A stretch of DNA of 64,000 nt from an uncultured Flavobacteriaceae bacterium (GCA_947488345.1 CANKZQ010000001.1:660518-724517), one strand, 5' to 3'; counted from the first letter of the stretch, positions 49,060-58,612 are shown. Notes: a model not told the origin generated them from the sequence alone. Program-made: numbers and translations.

Positions 49060-50166
49060 ATGCTACTGACGATCCTTTTTTATACATTCATTTTTGCAGT
49101 TGCCGTACAACTGTGTTTTTATGTTTTTCTCTTTAGAAGATTTTCAAGTTCCAAACAAGCACATTCCAATTATTCTGATGTTCCAATTTCCGTGCTTATT
49201 GCGGCAAAAAATGAAGCTCACAATTTAAAGAAAAGATTAACTCTTATACTACAACAGGAGTATCCAACCTTTGAAGTCATTTTAATTGATGATGCCTCTA
49301 CCGATGACACCTTAGTCATTGTCGAGACACTGCAAAAAGAATACAAGCATTTAAAACTTGTATCTCTGGCGCATACAAATACCTATACTGGTAATAAAAA
49401 GAATGCGCTTTCTAAAGGAATTGAAGCCGCTTCATATGACCGCTTACTTTTCACAGATGCTGATTGCCAGCCGAAAAGTGTGCATTGGATTTCGGAAATG
49501 ACAAGTCAATTGAATGAAACAAAAAATATCATATTAGGATACGGTGCCTACGAAAAAATAGAAAATTCGTTTTTAAACAAACTAATTCGATATGAAACTT
49601 TACTAACTGCGATACAGTATTTTTCATACGCCAAAATGGGGATTCCGTATATGGGGGTTGGCAGAAATTTAGCTTACCAAAAAAAGCTATTTACACAAAA
49701 TAATGGTTTCAAGAACCATCAACATATAAAATCTGGTGATGATGATCTACTCATATCAGAAATAGCAACTTCTAAAAATGTAGGCATTTGTTTTAGCAGG
49801 TCGAGCCATACTGTTTCTCTAGCCAAAAAATCGTTTCAACATTGGTTTTCCCAAAAAAGAAGACATATTTCTACCGCTTCTAGTTATAAATCGATTCATA
49901 AGTTCTTATTAGGGCTCTTTTTTAGTTCTCAATTTCTATTTTGGACACTTGCAATAATCTTAGTCTCTTTGGCGTTTAATTGGCAAATTGTAACTATTTT
50001 AGTACTTACACGACTGACAGCATACTATGCGCTGATTCAAAATTCAGCAAAAAAGTTAGACGAACGAGATATTGTAGTAGTTGCTCCAGTATTAGAGTTG
50101 ATATTAGTATGCACTCAGCTTGGTTTATTTTTGACAAATCTCTTTTCTAAACCTAAGCACTGGTAG
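49060..50166 (+). CDS. GT2 glycosyltransferase
   Basis: IAAKNE, IDDASTD, GNKKNAL, TDADC, SGDDDL, QKRRH. Confidence 0.92.
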   Translation: MLLTILFYTFIFAVAVQLCFYVFLFRRFSSSKQAHSNYSDVPISVLIAAKNEAHNLKKRLTLILQQEYPTFEVILIDDASTDDTLVIVETLQKEYKHLKLVSLAHTNTYTGNKKNALSKGIEAASYDRLLFTDADCQPKSVHWISEMTSQLNETKNIILGYGAYEKIENSFLNKLIRYETLLTAIQYFSYAKMGIPYMGVGRNLAYQKKLFTQNNGFKNHQHIKSGDDDLLISEIATSKNVGICFSRSSHTVSLAKKSFQHWFSQKRRHISTASSYKSIHKFLLGLFFSSQFLFWTLAIILVSLAFNWQIVTILVLTRLTAYYALIQNSAKKLDERDIVVVAPVLELILVCTQLGLFLTNLFSKPKHW

Positions 50167-50174
50167 CCTGTTAT

Positions 50175-50732
50175 ATGAAAGAAACAATAGAAATTACAAC
50201 CGCCATCATGAACGCTAAAAAAGGCGAGGAAGGTGCCTATACCCTATTGTTAAATACATACTGGAAAGATGTCTATCGCTTTCAATACAGCAAAACAGAT
50301 GACGAAGAAGAGGCAGAAGACATTACGATTAAAACCTTTGCTAAAGCGTTTGATAAAATTTCAACGTTCAAAGAAGATTATAAATTCAAAACGTGGCTTA
50401 TCTCTATTTCTAAAAATATTTATATTGACCATCTGCGCAAGCAAAAAACTGAGACAGTTTCCTTAAGCAAAGAAAATGATGCCTATAAGGTTAAAGATGA
50501 CGAACCTACTCCAGTAGATAAACTCATTATAGAACAAAATTTGGCACAATTATTAAGCTACATCAAACAGCTAAAGCCGCACTATCAAGAGATCATCCAT
50601 TTGCGTTTTTTTAAAGAAATGAGCTATAAAGAAATTGCATCTAATTTAGATGAGCCTATGAATAATGTCAAGGTAAAATTGCTCCGCGCCAAGAAACTAC
50701 TCGCAGAAATTATTAAAAAATCAGATTCTTAA
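50175..50732 (+). CDS. ECF RNA polymerase sigma factor
   Basis: Region 2 (AEDITIKTFAKAF...FKTWL...N..ID.LRK) and region 4 (SYKEIA...VKVKLLRAK). Confidence 0.92.
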   Translation: MKETIEITTAIMNAKKGEEGAYTLLLNTYWKDVYRFQYSKTDDEEEAEDITIKTFAKAFDKISTFKEDYKFKTWLISISKNIYIDHLRKQKTETVSLSKENDAYKVKDDEPTPVDKLIIEQNLAQLLSYIKQLKPHYQEIIHLRFFKEMSYKEIASNLDEPMNNVKVKLLRAKKLLAEIIKKSDS

Positions 50733-50765
50733 AAATTTAGTACTTTCACCTCTTTATATGTTTAT

Positions 50766-51983
50766 ATGAAGAAATTACTACAATCTTTAGGCCCCGGACT
50801 TTTATTCGCTGGCGCCGCAATTGGGGTCTCTCATTTAGTGCAGTCAACCAGAGCAGGAGCTGACTTTGGCTTTGGTTTACTTTGGGCACTTTTACTGGTA
50901 AATCTCTTTAAATATCCATTTTTTCAATATGGGCCTAGGTATGCAGCCGCGACGGGTGAAAGTTTAATTGATGGCTATAAAAAATTAGGTAAAGGTATAC
51001 TTATTGCCTATTATGTCTTAACCTTTGCTACCATGTTTACAATTCAGGCCGCTGTGACGATCGTAACTGCCGGTTTAGCTGCAAACCTTTTTGGTATTGC
51101 GCTTAGTCCTACGGTATGGACTATTATTATTACCATTATTTGCCTCTCTATACTAATGATTGGTAAATATAAATTCTTAGATAATTTTATTAAAATCATC
51201 ATCATTACCTTAACATTGAGTACTATTATTGCTGTAGTAATTGCCGTTTTTAATATCGGCACACCTCAGAGTTTTGCACAAACTTTTCCTCAAGGCAGCC
51301 TCGAAATTGCTTTTTTAATTGCTTTTTTAGGATGGATGCCCGCACCACTCGACATTTCAGCTTGGCATTCTCTCTGGGCCTTAGAAAAACAGAAAAATAC
51401 GAAAGATGACTTCAATATGAAAAAAACCATGTTCGATTTTAACTTGGGTTATATTGGCACTGTTTTTTTAGGGGTCTGTTTTATTAGTTTAGGAGCTTTA
51501 GTTATGTTCGGATCTGGAGAACAATTTAGCAGCGCTGCCGGTAAATTTGCTCAGCAGCTCATTCATTTATATACAGAAAACCTGGGTGAGGCTACTTCCA
51601 TATTTGTCGCTATCGCTGCTTTTACAACCATGTTCAGCACAACTTTAACCACTTTAGATGCCTCACCAAGAGCCATGGCACGATCTACCGAACTAATCTT
51701 CGATAAAACATATAAATACAATTATTTAAGTTGGATATTATTATTAGCTGCAGGTACTATTATCATTTTATCTTTTTTCATCTCTAATATGATCACCATG
51801 GTGAAAATTGCGACTATTTTATCATTCTTAACCGCTCCTTTTTATGCTATTGCCAATTTTATGTTGATTTCAAGTAAGCATACTCCTCAACAATGGCGAC
51901 CATCGAAAGCAATGAAAATATTAAGTTATTTGGGGATTATTTTCTTGATCGGATTTAGTATTTGGTATTTAATGAATTTGTAA
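50766..51983 (+). CDS. NRAMP/APC-superfamily transporter
   Basis: LGPGLLFAGAAIGVSHLVQSTRAGA, GWMPAP, FTTMFSTT. Confidence 0.8.
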   Translation: MKKLLQSLGPGLLFAGAAIGVSHLVQSTRAGADFGFGLLWALLLVNLFKYPFFQYGPRYAAATGESLIDGYKKLGKGILIAYYVLTFATMFTIQAAVTIVTAGLAANLFGIALSPTVWTIIITIICLSILMIGKYKFLDNFIKIIIITLTLSTIIAVVIAVFNIGTPQSFAQTFPQGSLEIAFLIAFLGWMPAPLDISAWHSLWALEKQKNTKDDFNMKKTMFDFNLGYIGTVFLGVCFISLGALVMFGSGEQFSSAAGKFAQQLIHLYTENLGEATSIFVAIAAFTTMFSTTLTTLDASPRAMARSTELIFDKTYKYNYLSWILLLAAGTIIILSFFISNMITMVKIATILSFLTAPFYAIANFMLISSKHTPQQWRPSKAMKILSYLGIIFLIGFSIWYLMNL

Positions 51984-52004
51984 CTTTGTATTCTAATTTT
52001 AGTT

Positions 52005-52871
52005 ATGGCAGTAACACCCGAAATAGCACCAGTCAAAAAACCAAAATGGTTACGAGTTAAGCTACCTGTTGGTAAAAAGTATACTGAACTTCGCGGTTTA
52101 GTTGATAAATACAATCTTCATACTATTTGTACAAGCGGAAGTTGCCCGAATATGGGAGAATGCTGGGGAGAAGGTACGGCTACATTTATGATTTTAGGAA
52201 ATATCTGTACACGCTCTTGCGGATTTTGTGGAGTTAAAACCGGTAGACCTGATACTGTAGATTGGGAAGAACCAGAAAAAGTGGCGCGTTCTATTAAAAT
52301 CATGCAGATAAAACATGCCGTGATTACCTCTGTTGATCGGGATGATTTAAAAGATGGAGGCTCTATCATTTGGGCCGAAACCATCAATGCGATTCGAAGA
52401 GCAAATCCAACAACTACCCTCGAAACATTGATTCCAGATTTTCAATTAATTCATAAAAACATAGATAGAATTGTAGCTGTGGCACCTGAGGTTGTTTCTC
52501 ATAATGTTGAAACTGTGCGTCGCTTAACCCGTGAAGTACGTATTCAGGCGAAATATGATCGAAGTTTAGCTGTGTTGAAATATCTAAAAGACAGTGGAAT
52601 CAATCGAACCAAGTCTGGAATTATGCTTGGCTTAGGTGAATTAGAAGAAGAGGTCATTCAAACTATGAAAGACCTAAGAACTGCAAAAGTAGATGTGGTG
52701 ACGATTGGTCAATACTTACAGCCGAGTAAAAAACACCTTCCTGTAAAAGAATTTATTACTCCAGAACAGTTTAAAAAATATGAGACCATTGGACTCGAAA
52801 TGGGCTTCAGACATGTTGAAAGTGGAGCCTTGGTAAGGTCGTCATATAAAGCTCAAAAACACATCCTCTAA
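52005..52871 (+). CDS. lipA: Lipoyl synthase
   Basis: [33 protein letters not shown]. Confidence 0.98.
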   Translation: MAVTPEIAPVKKPKWLRVKLPVGKKYTELRGLVDKYNLHTICTSGSCPNMGECWGEGTATFMILGNICTRSCGFCGVKTGRPDTVDWEEPEKVARSIKIMQIKHAVITSVDRDDLKDGGSIIWAETINAIRRANPTTTLETLIPDFQLIHKNIDRIVAVAPEVVSHNVETVRRLTREVRIQAKYDRSLAVLKYLKDSGINRTKSGIMLGLGELEEEVIQTMKDLRTAKVDVVTIGQYLQPSKKHLPVKEFITPEQFKKYETIGLEMGFRHVESGALVRSSYKAQKHIL

Positions 52872-52953
52872 AGTATTAACACTATTATAACAACTGTTTA
52901 ACCTTTTGTTAACTAGAGGCGTACAATATTACGTCGATATTTGCGTTGTAGTA

Positions 52954-53040
52954 ATGAAACAAGATGACAATTTTGTTTACATTGTATAAATTATTTGAGT
53001 TAGTTAAAAGAAAACGCCTTAGTTGTTAAGGCGTTTTTTT
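52954..53040 (+). ncRNA. Candidate sRNA copy 1 (5' hairpin, AU-rich core, terminator)
   Basis: 30-nt core 29/30 identical to copy 2; own terminator AAAACGCCTTA/TAAGGCGTTTT; GATATTTG -7-like element at 52936. Confidence 0.55.
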
Positions 53041-53068
53041 AGTTTAAAATATACCGTTTTTAAAAGTT

Positions 53069-53084
53069 TGGCACGAGAGTTGCA
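53069..53084 (+). promoter_or_regulatory. sigma54 (RpoN) -24/-12 promoter
   Basis: TGGCAC-GAGAG-TTGCA, perfect TGGCAC-N5-TTGCW. Confidence 0.75.
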
Positions 53085-53093
53085 TTAAATAAA

Positions 53094-53176
53094 TTGAAAC
53101 AAAGTAAAATTTGTTTTCATTGTATGAATTATTTGAGTTAGTTAAAAAAAAGGTCTTCACTTGAAGGCCTTTTTTA
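53094..53176 (+). ncRNA. Candidate sRNA copy 2
   Basis: Begins at the expected sigma54 TSS; shared core 53118-53147; terminator AAAAAGGTCTTC/GAAGGCCTTTTT. Confidence 0.6.
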
Positions 53177-53241
53177 TTTGTAAAACAAAGCTCTTAGAAT
53201 TAAATTAATATCTTTAACTTTCGAAGATTACAATTCAATTC

Positions 53242-54288
53242 ATGTATATGGAGCTCAATCGAGAACTTTTATTTTTCTTTAGTGCGTTAGGAGCTTTTAA
53301 CGGTTTGGTTTTAAGCCTATATTTTCTTTTCTATGTGAAACCGAAACATATTTCGACTAAATTTTTAGGCATGTTTCTTCTTATGCTTAGCATCAGAATT
53401 GGCAAGTCAGTTTTTTTTCATTTTAATCGCGAACTCTCCTTTCATTACTTACAATTAGGACTCACCGCTTGTTTTTTTATCGGACCTTTTTTATTTTTTT
53501 ATATAAAATCGGTGATTCAACCAGATAGTAACATCAAAACTTCTTGGAAATATCATATTGCCCTGTTATTACCCATTGCTTTAGTTGTTGGGTATTTATA
53601 TCCTTTTAAAACCAATATTGAGCTCTGGCGACCCTTTATAATTAAAACAATATACATTCAGTGGTTTATATATATTTTAGCTTCAATCTATGTTGTAGCT
53701 CCTCGCCTAAAAATGGTATTCAAAGGGCATCTAAAAATTACACAACTTGATGTTTGGCTGCTTAGCCTTCTCATAGGGAATCTTATTTTATTATCATCTT
53801 ATTACTTTACCAGTTTTATAAATTATATCTCTGGAGCCCTTGCATTTTCTTTTTTACTATACCTATTAATTGTTTTTTTACTATTTGGAAAAAACAGAAA
53901 TACCATCTTGTTTCATAAAAAAAATAAATACTTCGATAAGAAAATGGACGACGATGAAGCTTCCAATTTAATCGAACAATTAGACGCCATAATGACAAAG
54001 CAAGAATTGTATAAAAACTCTAATTTAAAATCTTCTGATGTTGCTAAAAAGCTACAACTATCTACACATCAATTTTCGCAGTTATTAAATGATAATTTAG
54101 GAAAGAGCTTTCCAAACTTTATTAATGAATATCGCATTAAAGAGGCAAAAAAAATAGTTTTGTCAAACGAACAACTCACCTTAGAGGCTATCGGTTATGA
54201 ATGCGGGTTTAATTCTAAATCCACCTTTTATACAGTCTTTAAAAAAATTGTGGGAACTACACCTGCCAAATTCAAAGAACAATTTTAA
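53242..54288 (+). CDS. AraC-family regulator with N-terminal multi-TM sensor
   Basis: About six hydrophobic helices; LYKNSNLK...VAKKL, FPNFINEYRI.EAKK, IGYECGFNSKSTFY..FKK. Confidence 0.92.
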   Translation: MYMELNRELLFFFSALGAFNGLVLSLYFLFYVKPKHISTKFLGMFLLMLSIRIGKSVFFHFNRELSFHYLQLGLTACFFIGPFLFFYIKSVIQPDSNIKTSWKYHIALLLPIALVVGYLYPFKTNIELWRPFIIKTIYIQWFIYILASIYVVAPRLKMVFKGHLKITQLDVWLLSLLIGNLILLSSYYFTSFINYISGALAFSFLLYLLIVFLLFGKNRNTILFHKKNKYFDKKMDDDEASNLIEQLDAIMTKQELYKNSNLKSSDVAKKLQLSTHQFSQLLNDNLGKSFPNFINEYRIKEAKKIVLSNEQLTLEAIGYECGFNSKSTFYTVFKKIVGTTPAKFKEQF

Positions 54289-54289
54289 G

Positions 54290-54323
54290 TTCTAATTTAT
54301 AAATCAGTACTTCTAATTTATAA
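54290..54323 (+). promoter_or_regulatory. Tandem 13-bp direct repeat with 21-bp period (putative AraC operator)
   Basis: TTCTAATTTATAA at 54290 and 54311. Confidence 0.65.
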
Positions 54324-54377
54324 GATAAAAACTTATTTCGCCTAAGATATTTCATCTTGCTTTAAAATTAAACAAGC

Positions 54378-55166
54378 ATGAAAACTAATCTTCTGTACAT
54401 ATTCTTATTCTTTCTATTTATTAGTTGTGATCTAAAGACATCTGGTAAGAGCGATTCAACCTTGGTAAAAGAGCAACCAACCAACATTCTCTTTATTGTT
54501 TCAAATCAACATACATATGGAACTACAGATATGAATACTTCAAATCATTTTGCAGAAATCGTATTAGCCTATGATGTATTGATTAACGCAGGTTTTAACG
54601 TTGATTTTGTGAGTCCTGAAGGTGGTGCAATACCTATCGGTTATTTGAACACATCTGATTCTATACAGAAAAAATACATTTATGATTCAGATTTCATGAA
54701 TAAGCTCAAAAACACCTTTAAACCAGCCGACATAACACCTGTAAACTATAAAGCCGTGTATTATGGTGGTGGTGGCGCTGCGATGTTCGGTGTTCCGGAA
54801 AACAAAACAATCCAACACATTTCAACTTCTATCTATGAGAATAACGGAGTTGTTTCGGCTATTTGTCATGGAACAGCGGGTATTGTCAACCTCAAAGATA
54901 AAAACGGCAAGTATTTATACGAAGGAAAACTAGTGAATGGTTTCCCTGATCGCTTTGAAAATAAAGAAGCCAAGTATTATAAAACATTCCCTTTTTCGAT
55001 TGAAGAGGCGATCAAAGAGCGCGGTGGAAATTTCCAGTATTCAGAAAAAGGGTGGGATGGATTCTACCAAGTAGATGGACGCCTTATCACTGGTCAAGAT
55101 CCAACAGCTTCTGCAGCAGTGGCTACAGAAATAATTAAGAAACTAAATGACACTTTTAAGAATTAA
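54378..55166 (+). CDS. DJ-1/PfpI (Hsp31-like) lipoprotein
   Basis: FAEI, VSPEGGAIP, YYGGGG, SAICHG, ITGQDPTA; lipobox ISC. Confidence 0.88.
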   Translation: MKTNLLYIFLFFLFISCDLKTSGKSDSTLVKEQPTNILFIVSNQHTYGTTDMNTSNHFAEIVLAYDVLINAGFNVDFVSPEGGAIPIGYLNTSDSIQKKYIYDSDFMNKLKNTFKPADITPVNYKAVYYGGGGAAMFGVPENKTIQHISTSIYENNGVVSAICHGTAGIVNLKDKNGKYLYEGKLVNGFPDRFENKEAKYYKTFPFSIEEAIKERGGNFQYSEKGWDGFYQVDGRLITGQDPTASAAVATEIIKKLNDTFKN

Positions 55167-55179
55167 TAACACAAAGAAT

Positions 55180-55638
55180 ATGACAAAAAAATACTGTACA
55201 CTAATTACCTTATTATACACTGCGTTTCTCTTTGCTCAAACATATAGTGGTCCTAAAGAAGATATCAATAGCATTCTTGACAATGCAAAAAAATTCTCGT
55301 CTTATGTGATGGCTTCAGATTATGAAAAAATCGCAGATTCATATACAAAAACCGCAAAAATATTTCCAAACGGATTAGACATTTTAGATAGTAGAAAAGA
55401 AATTGTTGAATATTGGACGCTCCCTGAAGGATTAGAAACTTCTCATCACAAAATTTTCCCTAAAGAGGTTGTCATTAAAGGAGATACTGCATACGATTAT
55501 GGATATTATGAAGGAAAAACAAAAAAAGCAGATGGGTCGGAAGTTGAATGGCGTGGTAAATATGTCATTGTATGGAAAAAGAATAATAATGAATGGAAAA
55601 TGTACTTAGATATTTGGAACGGAATTAGAAAAAAATAA
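55180..55638 (+). CDS. DUF4440 / NTF2-like secreted protein
   Basis: GDTAYDYGYY, GKYVIVWKK...WKMYLDIWN. Confidence 0.85.
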   Translation: MTKKYCTLITLLYTAFLFAQTYSGPKEDINSILDNAKKFSSYVMASDYEKIADSYTKTAKIFPNGLDILDSRKEIVEYWTLPEGLETSHHKIFPKEVVIKGDTAYDYGYYEGKTKKADGSEVEWRGKYVIVWKKNNNEWKMYLDIWNGIRKK

Positions 55639-55642
55639 CACT

Positions 55643-57343
55643 ATGAAAAATTTACTTACACTACTTTTTTGCATCGCACTATCCTTTTCTTTTGCACAAA
55701 AAGTCACTAAAAGATCTATCACAGCTTCCCAGATAGATGCTGTTTTTTCTCAATGGGATACCAAAAACACACCTGGAATTGCCGTAGGCATTCTAAATGA
55801 TGGTAAGATCGTTCATGCCAGAGGATACGGTTTAGCAAATTTGGAGCATCAAATTTCGATTACCCCGAAAACTAAATTTCACATTGGAGATATCGCAAAA
55901 GAGTTCACTGTGTACGCATTATTGTTACTAGAACAACGAGGACAACTTTCGCTGCAAGACGATATTCGGAAATACATGCCTAAAAAATTGTTCTTAGATA
56001 ATGCCATAAGCATACAACAACTCATACATCATACTGGCGGATTAAATAATCATGAAGTTGTCAAAGCCCTCTCAGGATGGAGGCAAGAAGACATTTTCAC
56101 CAAAGAACAGGCATATGAAATGATTAGAAATCAGTCGAGATCAACACTTAATGATCAAAGGCATTCTGACCTTGGATTTATGATACTCGAGGATCTGATT
56201 GCTCAAATTAGTGCCATGTCATATGTCGATTTTGTGAGCAAAGAGATTTTTGAACCTCTAGGAATGACACACTCAATATTTGACACTAAAGGAGATATTA
56301 TTACGAACAAAGCACACGGTTATTTTTCCAATCAAGATGGCTTTGTTAATACTACTATGAACCATAAACAAACGCTCCTTTCCGACGTTTACACTACTGT
56401 AGAGGATATGTGCCTTTGGGCAAAGGAACTCGAGAATCCTAAAATCGGTACGAAAGCGCTGGTGACAAAATTTGATGACCTTTCAATTGTAAATGGAGAA
56501 AAAGTAAAAGAAGCCAATACGGCATTGTACACTGGTGGACATCGGTATTGGAATTATAGAGGAGCTAAAAAACTAACTCATATTGAGGTTGCTGGGGGCT
56601 ATGCTAGTAAATTGATTCGTTATCCAGAATACAACCTTGCTATTATTGTTTTAGGAAACGATGGAGCCTATAACGGCTATGCGGCCACGGGAGCCAGCGC
56701 ATTGTATTTAGAGGATTTTTTAGATGCTAGATCTAATGCAACAGCAACACCAGAAATTACTTCTAAGAAAATGTCAAAGAAGCAACTTGCTCGATTTGAA
56801 GGTACTTATTGGGATAGCAATAACCATGCATCTCGTAAAATTCATGTAGCCAATGATACCCTAAGATATTTCAGAGGCCCAGGAAATGAAAGCGCTCTTG
56901 TACCAATTACTAAAAATTCTTTCAAAATGATCACGGGTGCGGAAGTAGTCGTGCGTTTTGACGCCAAAATCTCACCTAAAACCATGTCTGTAAAAGTTGG
57001 GGACGATATGTTTTATTCAATAGCATATGATGTAGATGCAAGTTGGACGAACGATCTCAGTTTATTTACTGGAAATTATTATGCTCCGGCGTTAAACACG
57101 TCATATGATCTTCGTGTTACTAATGGTAAACTCATACTCACCCATCAACGGCTACAACCCGTTCAATTAGAGCCAAGAATACCCGATGTATTCTCGGGCA
57201 ATCGCAGCCATTTCTCATCTTTGTTTTTCAAAAGAGATGCAAACGGTGTTATCAAAGGTTTTCAGCTCTCCACTCGTGGAGTTCAAGACATATGGTTTCA
57301 AAAAGAACCAACACAAGATAAAAATATTCAAAAAACTCAATAA
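55643..57343 (+). CDS. Beta-lactamase/serine-hydrolase fold protein with degenerate catalytic motifs
   Basis: PGIAVGIL.DG....RGYGLANLE, LIHHTGGL, EIFEPLGM fold motifs; SxxK reads DIAK, YxN reads HSD. Confidence 0.85.
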   Translation: MKNLLTLLFCIALSFSFAQKVTKRSITASQIDAVFSQWDTKNTPGIAVGILNDGKIVHARGYGLANLEHQISITPKTKFHIGDIAKEFTVYALLLLEQRGQLSLQDDIRKYMPKKLFLDNAISIQQLIHHTGGLNNHEVVKALSGWRQEDIFTKEQAYEMIRNQSRSTLNDQRHSDLGFMILEDLIAQISAMSYVDFVSKEIFEPLGMTHSIFDTKGDIITNKAHGYFSNQDGFVNTTMNHKQTLLSDVYTTVEDMCLWAKELENPKIGTKALVTKFDDLSIVNGEKVKEANTALYTGGHRYWNYRGAKKLTHIEVAGGYASKLIRYPEYNLAIIVLGNDGAYNGYAATGASALYLEDFLDARSNATATPEITSKKMSKKQLARFEGTYWDSNNHASRKIHVANDTLRYFRGPGNESALVPITKNSFKMITGAEVVVRFDAKISPKTMSVKVGDDMFYSIAYDVDASWTNDLSLFTGNYYAPALNTSYDLRVTNGKLILTHQRLQPVQLEPRIPDVFSGNRSHFSSLFFKRDANGVIKGFQLSTRGVQDIWFQKEPTQDKNIQKTQ

Positions 57344-57381
57344 AATAATTAAACAAATAGAAACCCAAAAAATTGAAAAAC

Positions 57382-57801
57382 ATGAAAAAAATAATCGTCG
57401 TTATATTTTTAATATTCGGACTGACGAATGCCAAAGCTCAATCAGAAATGGAAAAAATAAACAAGGTATTATATGATTATATTGAAGGAACGGCTAATGG
57501 AGAGCCTGATCGATTAAAAACGGCCTTTCATAAAGATTTTAACCTATATTTTGTTGCCAATGATACGGTAAGAGTCTGGTCAGGTAAGAGATACATAGAA
57601 AATGTAAAGCCAGGAGCGAAAAGTAATCGTATTGGAAAAGTCATATCAATCGATTATGAAAATGATGCTGCTATCGCTAGAATAGAGATTTTAATGCCTT
57701 CCAGAAAACGCATATATACCGATTATTTAATGCTGTTAAAAGTTGGCAATCATTGGAAAATTATACACAAATCATTCACATTTAAAAAATATCCAGAGTA
57801 A
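57382..57801 (+). CDS. NTF2/SnoaL-like (lumazine-binding-like) secreted protein
   Basis: YIEG..NG....LK.AFH, YTDYLMLLK....WKIIHKSF. Confidence 0.85.
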   Translation: MKKIIVVIFLIFGLTNAKAQSEMEKINKVLYDYIEGTANGEPDRLKTAFHKDFNLYFVANDTVRVWSGKRYIENVKPGAKSNRIGKVISIDYENDAAIARIEILMPSRKRIYTDYLMLLKVGNHWKIIHKSFTFKKYPE

Positions 57802-57840
57802 GCGAATAAAAACAGCTCGAATAACGAAATAGATACAATT

Positions 57841-57872
57841 AAAAAATGTGCCTCGAGAGGTACATTTTTTTT
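57841..57872 (+). terminator. Intrinsic terminator
   Basis: AAAAAATGTGCCTC-GA-GAGGTACATTTTTT. Confidence 0.75.
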
Positions 57873-57918
57873 GTGTTTATTATAATTTATATCTTTAACT
57901 AGATATAATTTATTTAGC

Positions 57919-58257
57919 ATGAAACTCAAATATATATATTTACTCCTAGCGATATTGGGCATTTGCTACACTTGGTATTTTAATATTCAATTTTACCTGA
58001 CAGAAGATAATACATCCATTCTGAATTTTATAGCGCAAACAAAGACAACGTTCCCTGCAAAATCTTTTAGTGCTGATTTGGCGGTTGTTGTGCTTACTTT
58101 CTTTGTATGGTACATACCAGAATCCCTAAAACTAAAGATTAAGTATTGGTGGATCCTTATTCCGTTAACCTTTTTAATCGCTATTGCGTTTACCTTTCCG
58201 ATGTTTTTATATATGAGAGAACTTCGACTAGAGAAATTAAATACAGCAACCAACTAA
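57919..58257 (+). CDS. DUF2834-like membrane protein
   Basis: YLLLAILG, DL.VV...FFVW...E..., IAIAF.FP.FLY.RE. Confidence 0.75.
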   Translation: MKLKYIYLLLAILGICYTWYFNIQFYLTEDNTSILNFIAQTKTTFPAKSFSADLAVVVLTFFVWYIPESLKLKIKYWWILIPLTFLIAIAFTFPMFLYMRELRLEKLNTATN

Positions 58258-58269
58258 AATAATACAGGT

Positions 58270-58608
58270 ATGTGGGAAGAAAAGCTAAAAATATATGATG
58301 CGTTAGTGGCAAAATGCCCTAGACTTGAACGCTTGGGCAAAACAATGCCATATACGGCTGCCAATGGCTATATGTTCTCATTATTCAATAAGGCCGGTGA
58401 GATAGGAATTCGTTTTTCTAAAGAACGCCAGAAATATTATTTTGAAGAACTTAACACGACTCACTATACGTCTTACGGTGCGGTAATGAATGGTTATGTT
58501 TTAATTCCAGAAGCAATGCTGAACGATTTAGATAAGGTTGCCGATCTTTTAAATGAGAGCTACGACTATATCATGTCATTAGAACCCAACAAACACAAAA
58601 AAAAGTGA
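58270..58608 (+). CDS. Hypothetical protein (TfoX-N/YjbR-like)
   Basis: GKTMPY...NG.MF, YGAVMNGYV.IP, ESYDY..SL.P. Confidence 0.6.
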   Translation: MWEEKLKIYDALVAKCPRLERLGKTMPYTAANGYMFSLFNKAGEIGIRFSKERQKYYFEELNTTHYTSYGAVMNGYVLIPEAMLNDLDKVADLLNESYDYIMSLEPNKHKKK

Positions 58609-58612
58609 CATT

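Noticed and set aside
52954-53120. Micro-ORFs MKQDDNFVYIV (+, 52954-52989) and MKTNFTLFQFI (-, 53120-53085) as peptides
   Set aside because: Neither frame is conserved in the sister repeat (the minus-strand copy 1 reads ATG-TAA), while RNA sequence and structure are conserved.
57822-57840. TAACGAAATAGATACAAT as an additional cassette left arm in the AraC module
   Set aside because: Weak match, no right arm or complementary cassette start found, and it is followed by an ordinary terminator.
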